From Amphiscolops sp. MND2022 (lineage: Eukaryota), in contig OZ076409.1 of NCBI GenBank assembly GCA_964187785.1, positions 68,760,001 to 68,824,000 of the forward strand: DNA of 64,000 nt, read 5' to 3'. Below the pieces are notes generated by a model. The model ran no database searches, was not told where the DNA came from, and worked only from the letters and a program-made list of their open reading frames with translations. This document shows positions 58,284-64,000 of this stretch, one piece after another; within the stretch, counting starts at the first letter, position 1; each line of letters starts with the position of its first letter. Both the position numbers and the translations under genes were made by a program.

Positions 58284-61200
58284 CTAAAGAATTCCGAATT
58301 GAAACAGATCACTTGTGTACAATTTGGGCTTGGCCGTTGTCGGTCGTTCATTGCCGTTATCGGTCGAATCTTCTTCGCTGTCATCGCTTTCTACAGGTTC
58401 ATTTATAAGGTACAGATTTTCAAACGCTTTATCTACAACTGGTATCGGCACGTTCTGTCCCATTTGGATCTCTTGCATGTTAGGGATAGGCAGGTAGACA
58501 GATACCTCTGGGTTGTTTGCTTCAGCTGGGTCTGGGCTAATGATTTTAGGGAAGAGAGCTGATGCTGATTCCGGGTAGTTCTGCTCCCTGAGCATGTTTT
58601 CTGCATGCATGCGAGCAACGTTTGCCAGCTCGAACTCACGGAGGTCCAGCGCCATGTGGCACACATCCTGCAGAAACAATAGAATTCGACTTTCTCAAAT
58701 AAATCTAATTAACGAACATCACAAATTTACTCCAAACCAATAGTTTTGACCGCCTAAAACCCAACCGGATGCTTCGACTGAGAAAAAAAGACATTGGTCA
58801 TTCGGAGCCCATTTCAGCGACCAAGAACTCCTCCAAAAGATACTCGCTTTAGGCTCAAAGTGAGCTGAGAATGGTTCTTTGAAAAGCTAAGAGCTGGTTA
58901 TTTCCGAAACTGGCGAATCTCAACAGCGAAAACCCGAATGCAGGACATCTCACATTGCCGGTCTAATAGTTTCCTAGTTCATGTCCAAATGAACAACCGA
59001 AACGGCCCATGTCAGCGCCCCGCTCAAGGTTAAAAAGAGTAGAGTTCTTTAAATATGCACTATAGTTTAAATGTTATCATTTTTACAGTGCCAAACAAAA
59101 ACACCCGAAGGGATACGCATTAGACTCGGAAACCACTTTTCCCCAACTGGAAACAACAAAAAACCAATTTTTTGTTTAAAAAAATCGGATTTTTTTCTTT
59201 CGGAAAATGTCGCATAGTACCCAAAACCCTACTGAGTCCTCTATGCTCGCGAAACGTTTCATTTCTAGTGTAAGTCGAGGGGACAAAATTCGGATACAGC
59301 GTGCTGGGTCCACTCAGAAAACAAATTCTAAGACAAACAAAACGGGAACGTCTCAAGTCGGCGCCATATCTAAGGCTCAAAAAGCTCAAACTTTTTGAAA
59401 TTGTAAAAGAGGAGACCCTTTGGGTTTTTTTCAAAAAAAACAAAAATCGAGAAATAAGAAATTTGAGCCAGTCTCATAGTGCCGAAAAACTTGAAAGGGG
59501 AGACCCTTTGGGCTTTTTGAAACTTCAATTTGCTGTAAAATATCAAAAAACTTGAAGGGGCCCTTTGGAGACAAAAAAAATCGAAAAAAAGTCGCACAGT
59601 GCCGAAAAAAACTCAAACCCTATAGTCTCGTCCTGTTTTGTATCTTACGATAAAAATGGAGTAACTGAAAGGGGGACCCTGTGCACTATCCTAAATGCGC
59701 TCCCCGTTTGCCTTTGCCGGTCCAGGGTCCAGTAGTTTAGTACTGTATTTAGTAGTTGAACGTTAATTTTAACGTTCGTCGCTTCGAGTCTGTCTTAAAG
59801 TAAACAAGACGGGAACGTCTAAAGTCGGCGCTATATCTAAGGCTCAAAAAGCGCAAAACATTTTTTTGGAGAAAAACTTGAAATTTTTAGAAAAATTTTT
59901 TCTTTCGAAAAATGTCGCACAGTGCCGAAAAAAATCAAAAGGGAAGACCCTTTAGCCTCGGTCGGTTTTGTAGCTTACGTTTAAAAAGTAAAAAACGAAA
60001 GGGGGGACCCTTTGGAGACAAAAAAATTCGAAAAAAAGTCGCACAGTGCCGAAAAAAATCGAAAGGGGGGACCCTTTAGTCCCGTCCAAGTTTGTAGGTA
60101 ACGTTTAAAAAGTAAAAAACGAAAGGGGGGACCCTTTGGAATGCGTTTCCGGGGTATTCGTTTAGTTTCCTTTAGTTGAAGATTTTGAACCTTAATTTTA
60201 ACGTTCGTCGTTTCGAGTCTGTCTTAAAAAAGAAAAAAAACGAGTGACTGTAATAGTCGGGCTCTTTTATTAATAAAAGCGCCGACTAAAAACGAGTGAC
60301 TGTAATAGTCGGGCTCTTTTATTTATAAAAGCACCGACTAAAAAAATTCTGAATCTCAATGCCGAAAAAATAATGCTCCGACTTTAAAAAGTAGTTGAGG
60401 CATCTGCCTGGGAAGGTAAACTTTCTTCAAAAGATCACATTATGAATCAGTAAGGATAAGAAAGCGAAAAAAATTCTGAGTTTTTCTCTAACCCCTCGAG
60501 GAGGGGGCAATTCCTCAGTAACACCCAAACCGAACGAATACTTTTTGGAGGTACCTTTTCCGGACGGGATGCTAGACAGATGTCTTCCACTTTATTTTTA
60601 TTTGATCCCATGGATTTTACCGCGTTTATGTATGTATTTTTAGTCGGTGCTTTTATTAATAAAAGAGCCCGACTATTACAGTCACTCGTTTTTTAGTCGG
60701 CGCTTTTCTAGTGAAAAGTGCCCGACTCTTACAGTGGCTAGTTTTTTTATTTTTTTTTCGTCAGACCACAGACCTCATCGCGTATGTACCACTTTTTACA
60801 GAAACTGATAAAACTACTCAGACTACTCAGGCCAAGTCCGGCCAATGCAAACTTAGTGCAAAGGGTCCCCACTTTCATTTTAACCTTTTTTACGTAGCCT
60901 ACAAAACCAGAAGAGACTAAAGGGTCCCCCTTTCGATTTTTCGAAAAATTTTTAATGTCTCAAAAGAGTCCCCCTTTCGAGTTTTTTGATATTTTGCAAC
61001 AGAATATATGTTAATAAAGCCCAAAGGGTCCCCACTTTTACATTTTTTCGGCACTATGCGACATTTTCTGAAAGAAAAAAAATCAAAAATTTCAAGTTTT
61101 TTTCAAAAAAAGTCCTTTGCGCTTTTTGAACCTTAGATATAGCGCCGACTTCAGACGTTCCCGTCTTGTTTTTTCTTTAAGACAGACTCGAAGCGACGAA

Positions 61201-64000
61201 AATTTTGTTCAGTTTGTTCAACTAAACGAATACCTGGGAAATGCATCTAAAATATTGCAAAGGGTCCCCCTTTCAATTTTTACCTTATGAACATAACATA
61301 CAAAACCGGTCGAGACTAAAGGGTCCCCCTTTCAATTTTTAGTCGGCGCATTTTCCTTTAAGGAAAAAAGCCCGACTATTACAGTGGCTAGTTTTTTTTT
61401 TTTCGTCAGACCACAGAGCTCATCGCGTATGTACCACTTTTTACAGAAACTGATAAGTTCACTCAGGCCAAGTTCCACCAATGCAAACTTACTGCAAAGG
61501 GTCCCCCCTTTCGTTTTTTACCTTTTTTACGTAACCTACAAAACCGGAAGACTCCAAAGGGTCCCCCCTTTCAATTTTTTCGGCACTGTGCGAATTTTTT
61601 TTCGAAAATTTTCAATTTTTCAAAAGAGTCCCCCTTCGGATTTTTTGATATTTTGCAACAGAAAATATGTTAATGAATCCCAAAGGGTCCCCCGTTTTCA
61701 TTTTTCGGCACTATGCGACGTTTTCGAAGTTTTTTTCAAAAATTTTTTCAAAAAAATTTTTCAAAAAAATTTTCAAAAATTTTTTTGTTTCCAGTCGAGA
61801 AAAGTGATTTTCCAGTCATATCGAGCATGAAAGGCACACTTTGGGTGTCTCGAAAGTGTTTTCAAAGCTTTTCATGAATACATCCTGGGCATATTTAGAA
61901 AACTGAGCTTTTTGAGCCTTAGATATAGCGCCGACTTTAGACGTTCCCGTCTTGTTACCTTATGAACATAACATACAAAACCGGACGAGACTGAAGGGTC
62001 CCCCATTCAATTTTTCGTCGCTGTTTTCCGAAATTTTTTTTGTCTTCAAAGGGTCCCCTTTCGATTTTATTTAAGTCCCCCTCGTAATATTCGGAGTTAA
62101 GCGCTATATCGAAACTTTTGACGTTATATCCGAACTATATTGCGTTTTAGTAAAGAGGAGGCGGAGGTCCGAAAACAGTAGTTTTTCTTGAAAACGTACG
62201 CATATTTCAAATTTGCGCTTTTTGAGCCCTAGACATGGCACCGACTTTAGACGTTTTATCTTTAGTCTTGTTATATTTTAACATGTTTTGACTTTAGTCT
62301 TATATTTTAACTATGATAATACCGATCTAATTCAAGCATTTAATTTTAGCTCGGAAGCTTTTCAAAGAGATTCGTTGTGCCCCTTGAGCTTTAATGGGAC
62401 ACCGACTTGGGCCGTTCCTGGGTTACTGCAAGTCATGTTCTTTTGTTCGAAAAGCGCCGACTTTTGCACTTGTGTAAAAATTTCACACTTGTTTGCTTAA
62501 GGCAGCGACAAAAATTAGACACATGGAGGAAAATCAAAGTCTTCGAGATAGAAAGCACTAACCATACAAGAATCCGGACTGGATATGTACAGAGACTTCT
62601 CCAAAGCTTTCTCGAGCTTTCCGGTTCTTAGCAGCATTTGAATGAAACGCAATGAGTAGTTGAACATCCTGGGTTCAAAGATTTCAATCACAGAAGAAGC
62701 AACGCGGCCAAGAGACACTGGGGAATGATACAGATCCAAAAGTTGGTCTATGATATCTTCGCTTTCAAAATCGATTGGCCTACAAAGACGTGAGTCCAGC
62801 ATTTTTGATATAGAGTGGAACAATAGCTCATTATGTTCATTCCAATTCAGCATTTTCATCAGTCTGATGCAGTTTACATGCCACTTCAGTGACCGCATTT
62901 CGGAAGTTAACAAATTTTGCAGGTTAAACTTTGGAGTTATGAAATCCAACATTATGAAAGGTCCTCTTGATACCAGAAGCAAAATTTTGGTATGAGGCCG
63001 CACTGCAGCATTCGCCACTTCTACCAAACTCAAATCAAACTGGTGGCAAACCTCAACATTAGTAACTTCCAAAGATTGACTCAAAACTTGGTTGATGTTG
63101 AAATTTGTGTCAGTGACTGATTCTTTACATAACGAAACTTTGATCGTGTTGCCGCCAATATCTATAACTTGCACTTCTCCCTTGTGACTGAAGAGAAATA
63201 TCACTAGACTGCTGTAATGCCAGCAAATGAAATCGACCGAATATTTGGAAGATGCGATCATTCTATTATGGGCCACTATGTCAACTATTTCCAATTCTTT
63301 TTCGGTCGAAGCTACCACGCAGTATCTGCCGTTCGGTGACCACTTGCAACAATGGATTTCGCCTGAAATAAAAAAAAGTCAATATCAGGAACATTGCCAG
63401 ACAGCTCAAAGCGTTCAACTGATTTTCGAGAGAAGATCAAAAGAAAAGGTCAAGCGAAACAATCTTGGCACATTACATTGAGTAACTCAATGTATTATAC
63501 TCATTGCAAAAACGAACAAAAAACCAACCAACCAAACCTTTCATTGCAATTGTCAGATTCTCTGTACGTTGAAGATCTTCGGCAAAAACTACGAAAGAAG
63601 AAAGAATACAGGTTGAACTAGGATATGACATCTTTTCCGCTAAGTGAAACCCATTCTGAGTGAAATCTATGTGAAGAATTTCTCCTTCCAGAAAATAGGA
63701 TCCGATATCAACAGCTACTCCCTTGGCAGAAACAGTGAACACAACTAAATTGTTCACTGCATTCACTGGGTCTAGCTGCATCTGTTGGCTGTAATCTAGA
63801 TATTGGGTCGAATTCACCCTCACAGGATTCTTCCTTGCATATACGACAAGTTGATTGTTGTCTTCATTGACGGCGATTCGCCACCGCAATTGACGAATGT
63901 CTAAAGACGGCAAATCATAGAAGTTGACTTGAGGATCATAATTTGAAAGCTTGATGACTTTGTTTCCAGAAAAGTAGACCGGAAGAGGCTTTCCGAAAGA
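58284..64000 (-). CDS. WDPCP: WD repeat-containing planar cell polarity effector (Fritz), 3' part; exons 63538->64000, 62563-63362, 58284-58667
   Basis: Segments KLSNYDPQVNFYDLP..RIAVN, FICWHYSSLVIFLFSHKGEVQVIDIG, RGPF, LRFIQMLLRTGKLEKALEKS..CM|DVCHMALDLREFELANVAR resemble Fritz/WDPCP in order. Junctions are in phase. Confidence 0.8.
58990..62255. repeat. Stack of family-A copies in the last WDPCP intron: minus-oriented 58990-60345, plus-oriented 60637-62255
   Basis: Repeated AACAAGACGGGAACGTC..AGTCGGCGC starts and GCGCCGACTAAAA ends, then their reverse complements. Confidence 0.8.

Overview
AT-rich, intron-containing animal genomic DNA; not prokaryotic, so the ORF track mostly shows exon fragments and repeat-derived ORFs. 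I rebuilt the spliced genes by hand, and all introns are GT-AG and phase-consistent. Six co-oriented minus-strand genes run from right to left: WDPCP/Fritz (3' part), TRAPPC1, NANP/HDHD4, ZFR (14 exons, ~881 aa), an unrecognised 9-exon ~978-aa gene, and CEP135 (5' part). The 3' end of a plus-strand rhabdomeric-type opsin (retinal-binding Lys, HPK motif, NPxxY changed to NAYIY) is absent from the ORF track and appears to be nested in a CEP135 intron. Introns and spacers are dominated by three non-autonomous repeat families with different terminal sequences but the same Helentron/DINE-1 end architecture. Many copies carry a tRNA-derived A/B-box module at a fixed position upstream of an internal GGGACCC tandem array. 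Also present: hAT elements with perfect 8-bp TSDs (one with a deleted transposase ORF), Tc1/mariner-type MITEs, and a recent 1.74-kb tandem duplication just upstream of the orphan gene. The species cannot be determined from the sequence; the divergent proteins suggest a fast-evolving invertebrate.
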